The notes: generated by a model from the letters alone, not told the origin. A DNA stretch of 64,000 bases from an uncultured Erysipelotrichaceae bacterium (GCA_963535465.1 CAUSWF010000002.1:64606-128605), one strand, 5' to 3'. Shown: positions 36,600 to 46,879, numbered from the stretch's first letter. Numbers and translations: made by a program.

Positions 36600-37154
36600 A
36601 TGAAAATAGAATTACAATGTGATGATACAATCCCTATTCCTGAAGGTTGTAAAGCAGTTATCAAAGATGGAAATGTAGTATTTGAGAAAGAATTTAAGAA
36701 AGGAGATATACTTAGTTCTGGTAATATAATATTAATATTTAAAGAAACCCATGAAGATAATATAAGTCATTTTCGTTCCTATTATGATATTACTAACCAA
36801 GCTGACATCTGTTGGATTCCTGATAATGAGAATAACTATTGGGTTATAAAAGCTTTTCACCATGCTACTGAAGAAGAAAAACAGTTACTCTTCGATAAAA
36901 TGAAAGAGCAAGGACTGCTCTGGAATGCTGAAAAGAAGCGTGTCGAAAATATTAGGTGGAGAGCAAAGTATGACGAAAAATATTACTATGTTAGTACAGA
37001 AGGAATTGTATTAGAAGATACAGAAGGGTGTCATATTATTGATGATAATAGATATAAATTTGGCAACTATTTTCAAACAAAAGAACACGCAGAAGAAGCT
37101 TCTGATCGTATAAAAGAAACATTACAAAAATATCATGAAGATTTAGGATATTAA
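36600..37154 (+). CDS. Hypothetical protein
   Basis: ORF-track ORF. Confidence 0.5.
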   Translation: MKIELQCDDTIPIPEGCKAVIKDGNVVFEKEFKKGDILSSGNIILIFKETHEDNISHFRSYYDITNQADICWIPDNENNYWVIKAFHHATEEEKQLLFDKMKEQGLLWNAEKKRVENIRWRAKYDEKYYYVSTEGIVLEDTEGCHIIDDNRYKFGNYFQTKEHAEEASDRIKETLQKYHEDLGY

Positions 37155-37422
37155 ACTATAGCTAGATTTAGACTTGTAGATGTAAATAATAATAGAAATA
37201 TTATAGAACATTATCGTTCTGAAATGTTTCCAGGTGATAAGGGGAATAAGGATTTTGACAAAGATTATGCTGACTGCTTGTAAAGATTCAGTGATGAACT
37301 TCATTTTGTAGATTATGAAAATTCTTCTCCTAATTTAGAAACTCAAATTACTTATGATGATAAAGTTTAGGATTATATGTCAGATCCTATAGAAGATTTT
37401 TATAACTTATAAATAATAAAAT

Positions 37423-37785
37423 ATGAATAATAAATTAAAATGTGTACCTTTTATCATTAAAAATGATAATAAAACACCATGTGGTTATGCTAATGGTTAT
37501 GTAGCTGTTCCTATAACTCATTCTTTATATGAAAGATATTATTTTGATGATGTTGAAGACTTTATAGATGTACATGGAGGATTAACTTTAAGTGAACATT
37601 TCGAGTCTTTTAGAAATGCTGATATAATTCCTTTAACTACTGATATTATATCTGAACATAGTTGGGTATTTGGCTTTGATACAAAGCACTACGATGATAA
37701 TAAACGTAATTGGGATAGATTAAATTGTATTGATGAGACTTTCAAGTTATTAAAACAATTAGAAGATTACGATAAAGAAAATTGA
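37423..37785 (+). CDS. Hypothetical protein
   Basis: ORF-track ORF. Confidence 0.5.
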   Translation: MNNKLKCVPFIIKNDNKTPCGYANGYVAVPITHSLYERYYFDDVEDFIDVHGGLTLSEHFESFRNADIIPLTTDIISEHSWVFGFDTKHYDDNKRNWDRLNCIDETFKLLKQLEDYDKEN

Positions 37786-37847
37786 TTTAAGTCAATTTGA
37801 TAAAAAATTTAATTTTACTATTTTTGAAAAAGTAAATTTAAATAAAT

Positions 37848-37921
37848 GGGTTAGGTAGTGTTAATGGTCAGCACGATTGTTTGTGGCACAATTAGTTTGA
37901 GTTCGAGCCTCAATTTAACCC
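37848..37921 (+). tRNA. tRNA-His (GUG) with encoded G-1
   Basis: G-1 at 37848 lies opposite C73. Acceptor GGTTAGG/TTTAACC. Anticodon arm ATTGT TTGTGGC ACAAT. T arm TTGAG TTCGAGC CTCAA. Confidence 0.8.
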
Positions 37922-38087
37922 CAAATCCATCCTAATACTAAGTATTAACTAAAAATTAATAGCGATGATTAGAAAAATGAAAAAGTTAATTAAGAAATGT
38001 GGAATAATTTATGCTGAAAATTTCTATAAACTTAATAAAAAAGTAATAGACGCAGGATTATTTCCGCTTATCTAAAAAATTTAGATT

Positions 38088-38609
38088 ATGATTAGAAAAA
38101 GAAAAGTAAATTATCATTGTATTTACTGTCTTTGCATAGGAATCTTATTAGGAATTATTTTTAGTAATTCTAAAAAAGAACCTAATGCAAAAGATCAAAT
38201 TGAAATTAAGATGAATGTTATTAAGGATAGTGTTGTATTCGATACTATGATTGTTAAAAAACAAGTCATTACTAAGAAACTCACGTCAAATAGAGCACTC
38301 CCTCTTAACGAAAATAATTTGAGGAAAGTTTTAAAAGACAATAATGTATGCCAATCTCATATTGTTTTAGCACAAGCTAAACTTGAAACAGGTAACTTTT
38401 CTTCAAAAGTTTGTAAAACAAAAAATAATTTATTTGGACTTCGTAAGGGAAATACTTATAGAAGTTATTCTCATTGGTCTGAATCTGTTAAAGCCTATAA
38501 AAAACTTATTCAATCTAGGTACAAAGGAGGAAATTATTATTCTTTTTTAGATAGAATTGGATATGCAGGCGATAAAAGTTATACAACGAAATTAAAAGAA
38601 CTTGTATAA
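38088..38609 (+). CDS. Membrane-anchored glucosaminidase/muramidase (FlgJ/LytD-type domain)
   Basis: N-terminal TM segment. IVLAQAKLETGNFSSKVCKTKNNLFGLRKG matches the glucosaminidase AQaxlEtG...NNlFGi pattern. Confidence 0.6.
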   Translation: MIRKRKVNYHCIYCLCIGILLGIIFSNSKKEPNAKDQIEIKMNVIKDSVVFDTMIVKKQVITKKLTSNRALPLNENNLRKVLKDNNVCQSHIVLAQAKLETGNFSSKVCKTKNNLFGLRKGNTYRSYSHWSESVKAYKKLIQSRYKGGNYYSFLDRIGYAGDKSYTTKLKELV

Positions 38610-38651
38610 AGTTCATAAGATTTATTATTATTAATTAAAATTTTTATTAAA

Positions 38652-38786
38652 ATGAAGAAAATTATGATTGTTGCTGCTGTTTTTACAGCTGTAAGTTTTA
38701 CGTCTTGTAATCGTACTGCGAATAATTCTAAACAGACAGTAGATACTGTACGAATTGATACAGTACATACAGATTCTGTAAAATAA
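38652..38786 (+). CDS. Small lipoprotein (44 aa)
   Basis: MKKIMIVAAVFTAVSFTSCNR has lipobox FTSC. It is followed by the hairpin agctagc/gctagct plus a T-run. Confidence 0.5.
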   Translation: MKKIMIVAAVFTAVSFTSCNRTANNSKQTVDTVRIDTVHTDSVK

Positions 38787-38943
38787 TCACTAGCTAGCTT
38801 TAAGCTAGCTTTTTTCGTTTATATATGATTGCAATTATTTTTATTATAGGAATATTATTAGTAATATCTTATAAACCACATTTTGAAATAATAAATGGCA
38901 AGTCTTTAATATTATGGTATACAAATCTTAAGAAAGAAAGAAA

Positions 38944-39183
38944 ATGGATCCTTATATTATAATATTTCTATTTCTTTTATTGATTGTATTAGTTACTCTT
39001 ACATTAATATATTATAATACTGATGATTATTTTATTGGTATAGTAATTTCTAAAACAAAAGAATATTATTATGTAGATAATTTAATCAGTAAGCAAGTAG
39101 TAAAATGTAAAAGTAATAAAGAGTATCAAATAGGAGATAGAGTAACTGCTTTTAGAAAATACTTAACTTGGTATTTAGTATGA
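38944..39183 (+). CDS. Membrane-anchored hypothetical protein
   Basis: ORF-track ORF with an N-terminal TM segment. Confidence 0.45.
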   Translation: MDPYIIIFLFLLLIVLVTLTLIYYNTDDYFIGIVISKTKEYYYVDNLISKQVVKCKSNKEYQIGDRVTAFRKYLTWYLV

Positions 39184-39602
39184 TAAATTATACAATTTAT
39201 ACAGACGGTGCTTATAAACCTAGTTTAAATGCTGGAGGAATAGGTATCGTCTTTTTACGTAATGGGCAAAAAGTTTTTGAGCATTCATCTAAATATAAAG
39301 ATACTACTAACCAAAGAATGGAAATGCAAGCTGTATTAGTTGCTCTAAATTCTATAATAAAAGAAATTGACTCTCTTACAATCATTACTGATAGCATGTA
39401 TGTAGTAGGAACTCTTACTAAAAACTGGCAACGAAAAACTAATAATGATTTATGGAATAAATTAGATATTGCTTTAAGTAAAGCTAAAAAATTAGTTAAA
39501 ACACCTATACAATTTAAGCATGTTAAAGGTCATAATGGGGATAAATATAATGAACAATGTGATAAATTAGCAAGTGAAGCATGTTATGAAATTGAATGTT
39601 GA
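39180..39602 (+). CDS. rnhA: Ribonuclease HI
   Basis: IYTDGA, NQRMEMQAV, IITDSMYV and HVKGHNGDKYNEQCDKLA give the DEDD catalytic pattern. ATG 39180 is preferred to the track TTG start at 39168. Confidence 0.8.
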   Translation: MINYTIYTDGAYKPSLNAGGIGIVFLRNGQKVFEHSSKYKDTTNQRMEMQAVLVALNSIIKEIDSLTIITDSMYVVGTLTKNWQRKTNNDLWNKLDIALSKAKKLVKTPIQFKHVKGHNGDKYNEQCDKLASEACYEIEC

Positions 39603-39876
39603 TTTTTTAGTTAAATTAGCTAGTAAATGTGGTAAAGTTTATGAAGAAGAAATAAACAAAGCAGTAGAAGAAGGTAAGTTAATTACAGCTGCAGATGTTG
39701 TTCTTTTTCTTTCTTTACTAACAGATGATATTGTTGGCGGTTACTGTAAAGCTACTAAGTCAGATTATAAAAGTTTATTTTTAGATTATATTAAGTTTTT
39801 ACAAGGAGTAAAAAAAGAAATTGAGCAGAGAAAAGAAATTAATAGAGAAATCGAAGATTCTAATAAGTCAAATTGA
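39574..39876 (+). CDS. Hypothetical protein
   Basis: ORF-track ORF. Confidence 0.45.
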   Translation: MKHVMKLNVDFLVKLASKCGKVYEEEINKAVEEGKLITAADVVLFLSLLTDDIVGGYCKATKSDYKSLFLDYIKFLQGVKKEIEQRKEINREIEDSNKSN

Positions 39877-40048
39877 TGACCTTTTTAAAGATTCAGATTG
39901 TTCTCTTTTAGAAGTAATATATATTATATCAATGACTCTTTACATTTATTTTAATGTAAATGGTATTAATGTAGAAGATTTTGTAAAAGCTCTTTATGCA
40001 GCTGGTGATCACTTTAAAAAACAAAAGAATAATGAAATACAAACATAA
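39821..40048 (+). CDS. Hypothetical protein
   Basis: ORF-track ORF with a non-ATG start. It overlaps the upstream ORF by 56 nt. Confidence 0.35.
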   Translation: MSREKKLIEKSKILISQIDDLFKDSDCSLLEVIYIISMTLYIYFNVNGINVEDFVKALYAAGDHFKKQKNNEIQT

Positions 40049-40175
40049 ATTAGCTGGTTTATTAGCTTACCAAAAAGCTTGGGAAGCAACAAGTTCAAGA
40101 CATCAAGATAGTACAACTAAACCAGGCTCTCAAAAAAAGTGGGGATGCGCACATCCTCATTCTGCTAAGTAAGTT

Positions 40176-40451
40176 ATGATTATAAAAACTAATGATTATA
40201 TTCTTAAACAAATATCAGAAGATTCTTTATTTTGGGATTTAACTTTTTCTAAAGTAATTAATAAAGGTAAAGATACTGAAAGAATAGAATTTAAAGATCC
40301 TATATACGGAGTTACTATAGAATCGGCTAAAAAACGTATTGCTCTATGGCGTACTAATAAAAAATGTTCTGAAGAAATTACTCCACAAGAATTTAATAAA
40401 GTATATTCAAATGAAAAGCATTTAATTGAAAAAGAATTAATTGATTTATAA
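40176..40451 (+). CDS. Hypothetical protein
   Basis: ORF-track ORF. Confidence 0.5.
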   Translation: MIIKTNDYILKQISEDSLFWDLTFSKVINKGKDTERIEFKDPIYGVTIESAKKRIALWRTNKKCSEEITPQEFNKVYSNEKHLIEKELIDL

Positions 40452-40924
40452 TGAAGGCCATTGAAAAATTAGTTAAAAATTTAAATATATTATTTGATAA
40501 ACTTAACGACAAGTATGATATTAATTATGGAGGTTGTTGTTTTGTAGCTTATATCATTGCTAAAGAGCTAGAAAAAAGAGAATTATACGATTTTAATTTA
40601 CGTATATATGGTTATAATATATTTAATTATTCTGAACAAGAATTACGTAATAATATCATAAATAATATTGATGATGTTCCTTGTAAATATCATACTGTAT
40701 CTCACTATAGTATTGTATATAATGATATTTATGAAATTAATTCTAGAGATAATGATGAAGATTCTGATTTTATAGATATTTATAATTTAAATTCTTTTGA
40801 TATTAAACGTATTTACGATTATGGTGATTGGAACTGTGCTTATTCTATTAGTAATAATATATATGTAGAAAGATTTATTAAAATAATATTTAATAATTAT
40901 GATAAAGAAAGCAAAAATACTTAA
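40451..40924 (+). CDS. Hypothetical protein
   Basis: ORF-track ORF. Confidence 0.5.
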   Translation: MKAIEKLVKNLNILFDKLNDKYDINYGGCCFVAYIIAKELEKRELYDFNLRIYGYNIFNYSEQELRNNIINNIDDVPCKYHTVSHYSIVYNDIYEINSRDNDEDSDFIDIYNLNSFDIKRIYDYGDWNCAYSISNNIYVERFIKIIFNNYDKESKNT

Positions 40925-41096
40925 ATGTAAATTTTGTGGTTGTAAAACAACCCATTTTCTTACAAGTCAAGGAGAATACAAGTGTAGTACTTGTGGTAGT
41001 ACAAACAAAACTATAGCTATAAAAGATATAGTTTTTGAACCTGAATTTGATTTAGATACTAATAAAGAGGAAGCTCAAGAAGAAGTATCTGAATAA
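40899..41096 (+). CDS. Zinc-ribbon protein
   Basis: CKFCGC...CSTCGS. Confidence 0.45.
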   Translation: MIKKAKILKCKFCGCKTTHFLTSQGEYKCSTCGSTNKTIAIKDIVFEPEFDLDTNKEEAQEEVSE

Positions 41097-41386
41097 TGCT
41101 TAGAGAATTAGATTATTTTCTCTATGAACTTAATATTTATAAAATATTTAGTAAAGAAAAAAGATGTGAATTAATCTATTCTAAATTCTATAAAAGCGGT
41201 AATGAATTGCCTGTAAAAATTAAAGTAGATTATTTTCCTAATAAAAAGAAACCAGAAATAATCTACGAAAAATCATTTAATTTAATAGGTGCTCCTAAAG
41301 ATTATATAGAGAGATTGCCTAAACCTAAAGAAAAAAAGAAGAAACATGAAAAAAGAAATCGTACAGTATGCAACAGGAAAGTTTAA
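41096..41386 (+). CDS. Hypothetical protein
   Basis: ORF-track ORF. Confidence 0.45.
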   Translation: MLRELDYFLYELNIYKIFSKEKRCELIYSKFYKSGNELPVKIKVDYFPNKKKPEIIYEKSFNLIGAPKDYIERLPKPKEKKKKHEKRNRTVCNRKV

Positions 41387-41852
41387 GCATTTTGATGGTA
41401 AGGAACGTGAATTTACAGTTTGTATGGTGAGTATTTCTCCAGAAACAAACAACGATATGGAATCATATTACCAGAATATGGATGGAGATTATCTTTTTGA
41501 AAACGAATCTCATATCTATACTAAAGCATGTTCTAAAGGAATTATAGCAAAATGGGAACGCTATGTCAATTTTGGTATTTCTGTAAGAAATCCAAATGAT
41601 TCTTACAATGAAGACATTGCTAAGAAAATTGCTTATGGTAAGGCTAACAGTGTTAAAGGCTATACAGTAGCTTTTGATGATTTAGCTTTAATAAGTAAAG
41701 ATGTAGTTAATGCTCTCCTTAATAATTTTGTAAAAAAAGTTTCTAATGATCCTTCTTTAGCTATTCAGAACTATGAAGAACAAGAAGCATTATATAATGC
41801 TAAGAAAGCTAAAAAGGCTATGTTCAATAGTAATGACACGTTTTCAATATAA
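41346..41852 (+). CDS. Hypothetical protein
   Basis: ORF-track ORF. Confidence 0.5.
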   Translation: MKKEIVQYATGKFKHFDGKEREFTVCMVSISPETNNDMESYYQNMDGDYLFENESHIYTKACSKGIIAKWERYVNFGISVRNPNDSYNEDIAKKIAYGKANSVKGYTVAFDDLALISKDVVNALLNNFVKKVSNDPSLAIQNYEEQEALYNAKKAKKAMFNSNDTFSI

Positions 41853-42159
41853 CAAACTAATAGTATTAATTAGTATTACTGTTATTATATTCTTTGGTTT
41901 TTGGTACTATGGAAATTATAATAATAGTAATACTATAATACATCATTATAAAAAAGATTCTGTTTATTACCAAAAGCGGGATAGTTTGCATAAAGTTAAT
42001 GATACAATATCTACTAAAATACAAACAATAGAACATACTTATGAAAAGAAAATTGAAACTATTAAGCGTATGCCTATTGATTCCGCTTATATCTTTTGGG
42101 CAGACTATATCCAAAGATACAGGATTAATAATGACTCCGCAACAATTAAGAACTACTAA
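41833..42159 (+). CDS. N-terminally membrane-anchored protein
   Basis: ATG 41833 gives MTRFQYNKLIVLISITVIIFFGFWYY. This start is preferred to the track start at 41773. Confidence 0.45.
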   Translation: MTRFQYNKLIVLISITVIIFFGFWYYGNYNNSNTIIHHYKKDSVYYQKRDSLHKVNDTISTKIQTIEHTYEKKIETIKRMPIDSAYIFWADYIQRYRINNDSATIKNY

Positions 42160-42400
42160 TCTAATATTTTTGGAACATGAAAAATGGTCTAAACAAATTC
42201 CTCTTCTAAAACAGCAAATACAAAATTATCAAAAACTTGATAGTTTAGCTTATAAACATGATTCTTTACAAACACAGCAATTAATAGATTTAAATAATAC
42301 TATTGATTTACAAGAAAAAAAGATAAATAAATTAAAGAAAACTAAAAGTTTTGGTATTGGAGTAATAATTGCTTTAATATTAGGATTGATATGCAAGTAG
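42041..42400 (+). CDS. Secreted/membrane protein overlapping the previous gene out of frame
   Basis: The signal-like N-terminus is MKRKLKLLSVCLLIPLISFGQ and the C-terminal TM segment is GIGVIIALILGLICK. It ends TAG-TAA (42398-42403). Confidence 0.4.
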   Translation: MKRKLKLLSVCLLIPLISFGQTISKDTGLIMTPQQLRTTNLIFLEHEKWSKQIPLLKQQIQNYQKLDSLAYKHDSLQTQQLIDLNNTIDLQEKKINKLKKTKSFGIGVIIALILGLICK

Positions 42401-42511
42401 TAAAGGATAAAAATGGAATTAAATTAAAATTTCCTGAAAGATCTTGTAAAGATTGTCGATCTTATCCTTGCATGCAAAATATGAATAAATTTAAATGTGA
42501 TATAGCTAAAT

Positions 42512-42847
42512 ATGGATGTAGAGGATTCAAAATTCATAACTCTACTAACAAGAGTTGAGGCTATATTACATGATTCCTCAGGATACACTACTTACATATT
42601 TAAAAATATAGATGATAAAGCCTCTTTTTTATATAAATATATAATGTGTACAAGATATCCTAATTGGGAACATAGAGGTTTAAAGATTGGCGAAGAAGGA
42701 TTTTTAACTTATCAACCAGTAAATGAAGGGATTGATAAATGGTTTGATGGTTATAATTTAGTCCCTTATAAATTTTCAGCAAATAGGTTTATCAATTTTA
42801 TTAGTAAACCTAACGAAAAAATAATAGATAATAAATATATAATGTAG
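42512..42847 (+). CDS. Hypothetical protein
   Basis: ORF-track ORF. It ends in TAG. Confidence 0.45.
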   Translation: MDVEDSKFITLLTRVEAILHDSSGYTTYIFKNIDDKASFLYKYIMCTRYPNWEHRGLKIGEEGFLTYQPVNEGIDKWFDGYNLVPYKFSANRFINFISKPNEKIIDNKYIM

Positions 42848-42885
42848 ATGAGATATTTAAGATATGTAAAAATTATAAGAAAAAC

Positions 42886-43776
42886 ATGGGAGTTTTAGGC
42901 GAAAAATTAACACAAGCAATCAATAAACATGAAAACAATGTAGAAAACTTTATTTGGAAAGGTCCAAAGAAAGAAGTAAATGGAGTAAGAGTACAAGAAG
43001 AAGTCAGACTTATGGATGCTACTCCAGAGCAACTTAATAAATTTTATGCTCATTGTATGTCCATGTTATATAGTAACGATAAAAAGAATCCAGGCAGAAC
43101 AATTCTACTTGATATAATCAAAAGACAAAGACAGAAATGTAATGCAGAATTATATCTTCGTTGGCTCGAAAATAAGTATCAAACAAATATTCCTAACGTA
43201 CGTAAACCTTATCCTAGATTTCTTTATAATAGCGATATTAGAGAAGTTCTAGAAATAAATAAAGAGAGTATTCCACATGAAGAATATGCTAATACTCCTA
43301 TTACTGTTTTAACTGATGGGGTTCCTATGGAATTTAGGGATGTCATGATTCAAGATGTACTTCATGGTGCTGTTGGTGTGTTGGGTTTGTTTGATAGATC
43401 ACATATTTCTCTTAGTTTTATTACTAAGATGGGTGTTTGGTTGACCGATAAAGAAATGAACGAACTTCTCGAAAGAGATAAGGATGGAAAGGCCCGCAAC
43501 AGAATTGATATAATTAAGGAACGTTTTAATCTTCGTAAAGATATTAAATTGTATCCAAATGAAAATGGCTTGAGTTATACAGAACTTCGAGCTATGTTAA
43601 ATCTTAAAACTAAGAAATATTCTGAATTAACAACAGACCAGCTTCTTGTTTTAAGAGATAAAGTATTGTTCCGATTTGAAGACGAGGTGCGCTTTCATAT
43701 TTCTCAATGGGAAGATATTATTAATAAAATTGAACGTGTTGCTGAAATTAAAGGTATTACTTTGGAACGTAATTAA
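42886..43776 (+). CDS. Hypothetical protein (296 aa)
   Basis: ORF-track ORF. Confidence 0.55.
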   Translation: MGVLGEKLTQAINKHENNVENFIWKGPKKEVNGVRVQEEVRLMDATPEQLNKFYAHCMSMLYSNDKKNPGRTILLDIIKRQRQKCNAELYLRWLENKYQTNIPNVRKPYPRFLYNSDIREVLEINKESIPHEEYANTPITVLTDGVPMEFRDVMIQDVLHGAVGVLGLFDRSHISLSFITKMGVWLTDKEMNELLERDKDGKARNRIDIIKERFNLRKDIKLYPNENGLSYTELRAMLNLKTKKYSELTTDQLLVLRDKVLFRFEDEVRFHISQWEDIINKIERVAEIKGITLERN

Positions 43777-43833
43777 TTTAGTAGATTTATTTCCTATAGA
43801 TACATATTCAGCTTTAATTTATTATATTAGTTA

Positions 43834-45108
43834 ATGAATTTATTTGGATATGTATCAAGGGATGAACGTCAGGAACAATGTAGGGTAACTTGGATTAAAA
43901 ATAAGTGTAAAGGATCTATACAAGCCTGCACGGGCTTCGGAAAAACGCATGTAGGACTTAATTGTATTAAAACTTTACTGTCTAAAAGACCTGGATCTAG
44001 AGTTCTTATCGTTGTTCCTACAGACGTACTGCAAAATCAATGGCAAGATATACTCGTTAATAATGATTTATCTTTTTATTGTACAGTTGAAGTTATTAAT
44101 ACTGTTGTTAAACATTCATGGCATTGTGATTTACTCATTTTAGACGAAGAACATCGTTATGCTGCGGATACTTTTAAACAAGTATTTAAAAAAGTACAAT
44201 ATAAGATGATATTGGGACTAACTGCAACTTTTGAAAGACTTGATGGAAGAGAAAAAATTATAGCTAAATACTGTCCAGTTATTGATAAAATTACTGTACA
44301 AGAAGCCTTATTAAATGGTTGGGTATCTAAATTTAAAGAATATTTAGTTCTTATTGATGTTGATGATATTGATAAATATAAACAACTTAATAAAGAATTT
44401 ACATCACATTTTGAATTTTTTAATTTTGATTTCGATTTAGCTATGAAAATGATCGGAAAAGATGGTTATAAATATAGAATAGCTTATAGAGACCAATTAC
44501 TTCCAGACAATGCTTTAGAAGAAGATAGATCTAATATGTTTAAAAATATTACTATTCATGCTATGGGATTTATGAGAGCTATGCAAGATCGTAAAGCTTT
44601 TATAAATAATCATTTAAAAAAGACAGAAATAGCTAATATGATTATACAGGCTAGACCTAATTCTAAAATCATTACTTTCTCTAATAATATTAAAATGGCT
44701 GAATCTATAGCAGTAGGAGAGGTATATAGTGGTAAGACTTCTAAAAAGAAAGGAAGAACTACTATATCTGAATTTAATTTAAAACCTACAGGAGTATTAA
44801 ATACAATTAAAAAAGCTATAGAAGGGCTCGATGTAAAAGGATTATCTGTAGCTATTAATATAGGTATAGATAGTTCTGAAATAAAAGCTGTCCAAAAACT
44901 TGGAAGAATTATTAGAGCAGAAGAAGGAAAAGAAGCAGAAATGTTTAATATCATTATAAACAATACAGCAGAGGTTGAATGGTTTAAACGGTCCCATAAA
45001 AATGCTGAGTATATAACTATTGATGAAGAAAATTTAAAGAAAGTATTATTAGGAAAAGAATATAGTGAATATAAGAAACCTGTTCCTAAACTTTCTTTTA
45101 GGTTTTGA
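43834..45108 (+). CDS. SF2 DEAD/DExH-box helicase
   Basis: CTGFGKTHV (motif I), LILDEEH (II), GLTATFER (III) and QKLGRIIR (VI). Confidence 0.8.
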   Translation: MNLFGYVSRDERQEQCRVTWIKNKCKGSIQACTGFGKTHVGLNCIKTLLSKRPGSRVLIVVPTDVLQNQWQDILVNNDLSFYCTVEVINTVVKHSWHCDLLILDEEHRYAADTFKQVFKKVQYKMILGLTATFERLDGREKIIAKYCPVIDKITVQEALLNGWVSKFKEYLVLIDVDDIDKYKQLNKEFTSHFEFFNFDFDLAMKMIGKDGYKYRIAYRDQLLPDNALEEDRSNMFKNITIHAMGFMRAMQDRKAFINNHLKKTEIANMIIQARPNSKIITFSNNIKMAESIAVGEVYSGKTSKKKGRTTISEFNLKPTGVLNTIKKAIEGLDVKGLSVAINIGIDSSEIKAVQKLGRIIRAEEGKEAEMFNIIINNTAEVEWFKRSHKNAEYITIDEENLKKVLLGKEYSEYKKPVPKLSFRF

Positions 45109-45190
45109 TACATATAATAAAACTCCGAGAGGAGAATAAATATTTTGTAGTTTGAGATATGTTAGTGAACAATTCTTAAGCTAATTTAAG

Positions 45191-45814
45191 TTGAAAAAAT
45201 TTAATTATTCTATTGATGATGATATTGCATTTCAAGAAAAATACCAAATAACCCCTACCGAATTATTTGTACTAAAGATTATTCTTTTATTGCAGGAAGA
45301 TACTCAAGATGAAGATTATCTTAAAAGATTTCTTCAAATTTCTGATAATAAAGAATGTTTTAGAGATACTTTACAATCTTTGCAAAATAAGGGGTTGCTT
45401 TTAAAATCTTATAAAATTCCTAATAAAGGAGAACCATTTAATCCTTATGATATTGCTATTAATAAAGTGCTAACCAAAAATATGCATAAAGCATCTTTTG
45501 ATTTAGGTCAGGAACTGATGGAAGTTTATCCAAGATATGGTACTATTAATGGAGGCATGGTTCCTTTACATGGAGTTTCTAAACGATTTGGAAGTCGGGA
45601 AGATTTTTATCGTTTTTATAGTAAAATTATTAATTGGAATCCAAAAACTCATAATAAAATTATAGAGTTAATTAAATGGGAACAAGCTAATAATATAGGA
45701 TTTTTAAATATGACTGTTTTATCTTTTGTAATTGATCATCGATGGGAAGCATTACAAGATATTAAAGATGGCAAGTTAAGTAATGTTACATTTAATACCA
45801 TAGAAAGTTTATAA
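45191..45814 (+). CDS. Hypothetical protein upstream of the replicative helicase (possible loader/organiser)
   Basis: ORF-track ORF with a TTG start. The functional guess rests on position only. Confidence 0.4.
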   Translation: MKKFNYSIDDDIAFQEKYQITPTELFVLKIILLLQEDTQDEDYLKRFLQISDNKECFRDTLQSLQNKGLLLKSYKIPNKGEPFNPYDIAINKVLTKNMHKASFDLGQELMEVYPRYGTINGGMVPLHGVSKRFGSREDFYRFYSKIINWNPKTHNKIIELIKWEQANNIGFLNMTVLSFVIDHRWEALQDIKDGKLSNVTFNTIESL

Positions 45815-46875
45815 TGAGTTATAAATCATTATTAGCTGAAATTGATAAAGGAAGAGCAGGTAGAAGTCACGGTACTTCTATTGGATTGCCTAAATTAGAG
45901 GAATTAACTGATGGAGTAACACAGGGAACTTATACTTTAATCTTTGCTGGATCTGGAATAGGTAAAACCAATTTATTAGTATATGCTTATCTCTATAGAG
46001 TTATTATGGAGCATCTTGATGATGGAAAATTAAGAATTAATTTCTTTTCTTTAGAGATGAAGTCTGAAATTATACTAGCTAAATTACTTTCTTTATACAT
46101 TTATGAAAAATTTGGAAAGAGATTGGGATTCAAAGAATTACTATCCAGAAAAAAAGACTATATATTATCTGAAGAAGATTATAAAATAGTTAATCAGTGT
46201 ATTCCTTGGCTTGAGAAAGTCGATAAAATATTAAATATAATTGATAAAAATGTTAGTGCAGATGGAGCATATGCAATAGTAATGGAGGATCTTAAAAAAG
46301 AAGGAACTTTTGAAGGTGCTGGTAAAGCACGTAAATATATTCCTAATGATCCAGATAAACTATTGATAACTATGATGGATCATATGGCTTTGTTGAAATA
46401 CACAAAATCTAAAAAAGATGAGATTGATAAATGGTCTCATTATGCAGTTAGTCTTAGAAATAGAACTAACATGTCTTTTGTAATGTTAATGCAAAGCAAT
46501 AGAGATGCAGCTTCTATGGATAGAAAAAAGCAAGGTTATCAGGAACCTATGCCTTCTGACCTAAAAGATAGCGGAGGTCCTTATGAAGATTGTGATTGTT
46601 GTTTATCAATATATGATCCAATTGTAGATCATTTAGCAAATTATCATGAATATAACATTAAAGCACTGAATGGAAGATTCAAAGCTATTATCTGTTTAAA
46701 AAATAGATACGGAGCATCTAATAAGGCTGATTATTGTTATTTTGATGGTAAAATTAGTTATTGGAGAGAACTTCCTCCAGCTAATGAGATACATGACTAT
46801 ACTAACATATTTAATAAGAAAGATAAAGTTAAAATAGAAGATAATAACGATACTAAATTTAACTTTACAATGTAA
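45814..46875 (+). CDS. DnaB-like replicative helicase (RecA-fold C-terminal domain)
   Basis: FAGSGIGKTNLL (Walker A), LITMMDHMALL (Walker B) and QSNRDAASMDRKK...PSDLKDSGGPYEDCD. Confidence 0.7.
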   Translation: MSYKSLLAEIDKGRAGRSHGTSIGLPKLEELTDGVTQGTYTLIFAGSGIGKTNLLVYAYLYRVIMEHLDDGKLRINFFSLEMKSEIILAKLLSLYIYEKFGKRLGFKELLSRKKDYILSEEDYKIVNQCIPWLEKVDKILNIIDKNVSADGAYAIVMEDLKKEGTFEGAGKARKYIPNDPDKLLITMMDHMALLKYTKSKKDEIDKWSHYAVSLRNRTNMSFVMLMQSNRDAASMDRKKQGYQEPMPSDLKDSGGPYEDCDCCLSIYDPIVDHLANYHEYNIKALNGRFKAIICLKNRYGASNKADYCYFDGKISYWRELPPANEIHDYTNIFNKKDKVKIEDNNDTKFNFTM

Positions 46876-46879
46876 AAAA

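Noticed and set aside
37155-37412. Reading frame continuing from 36600..37154 through TAA, TAA and TAG.
   Set aside because: It requires two TAA read-throughs, which is not supported anywhere else. A decayed gene tail or small independent ORFs are more likely.
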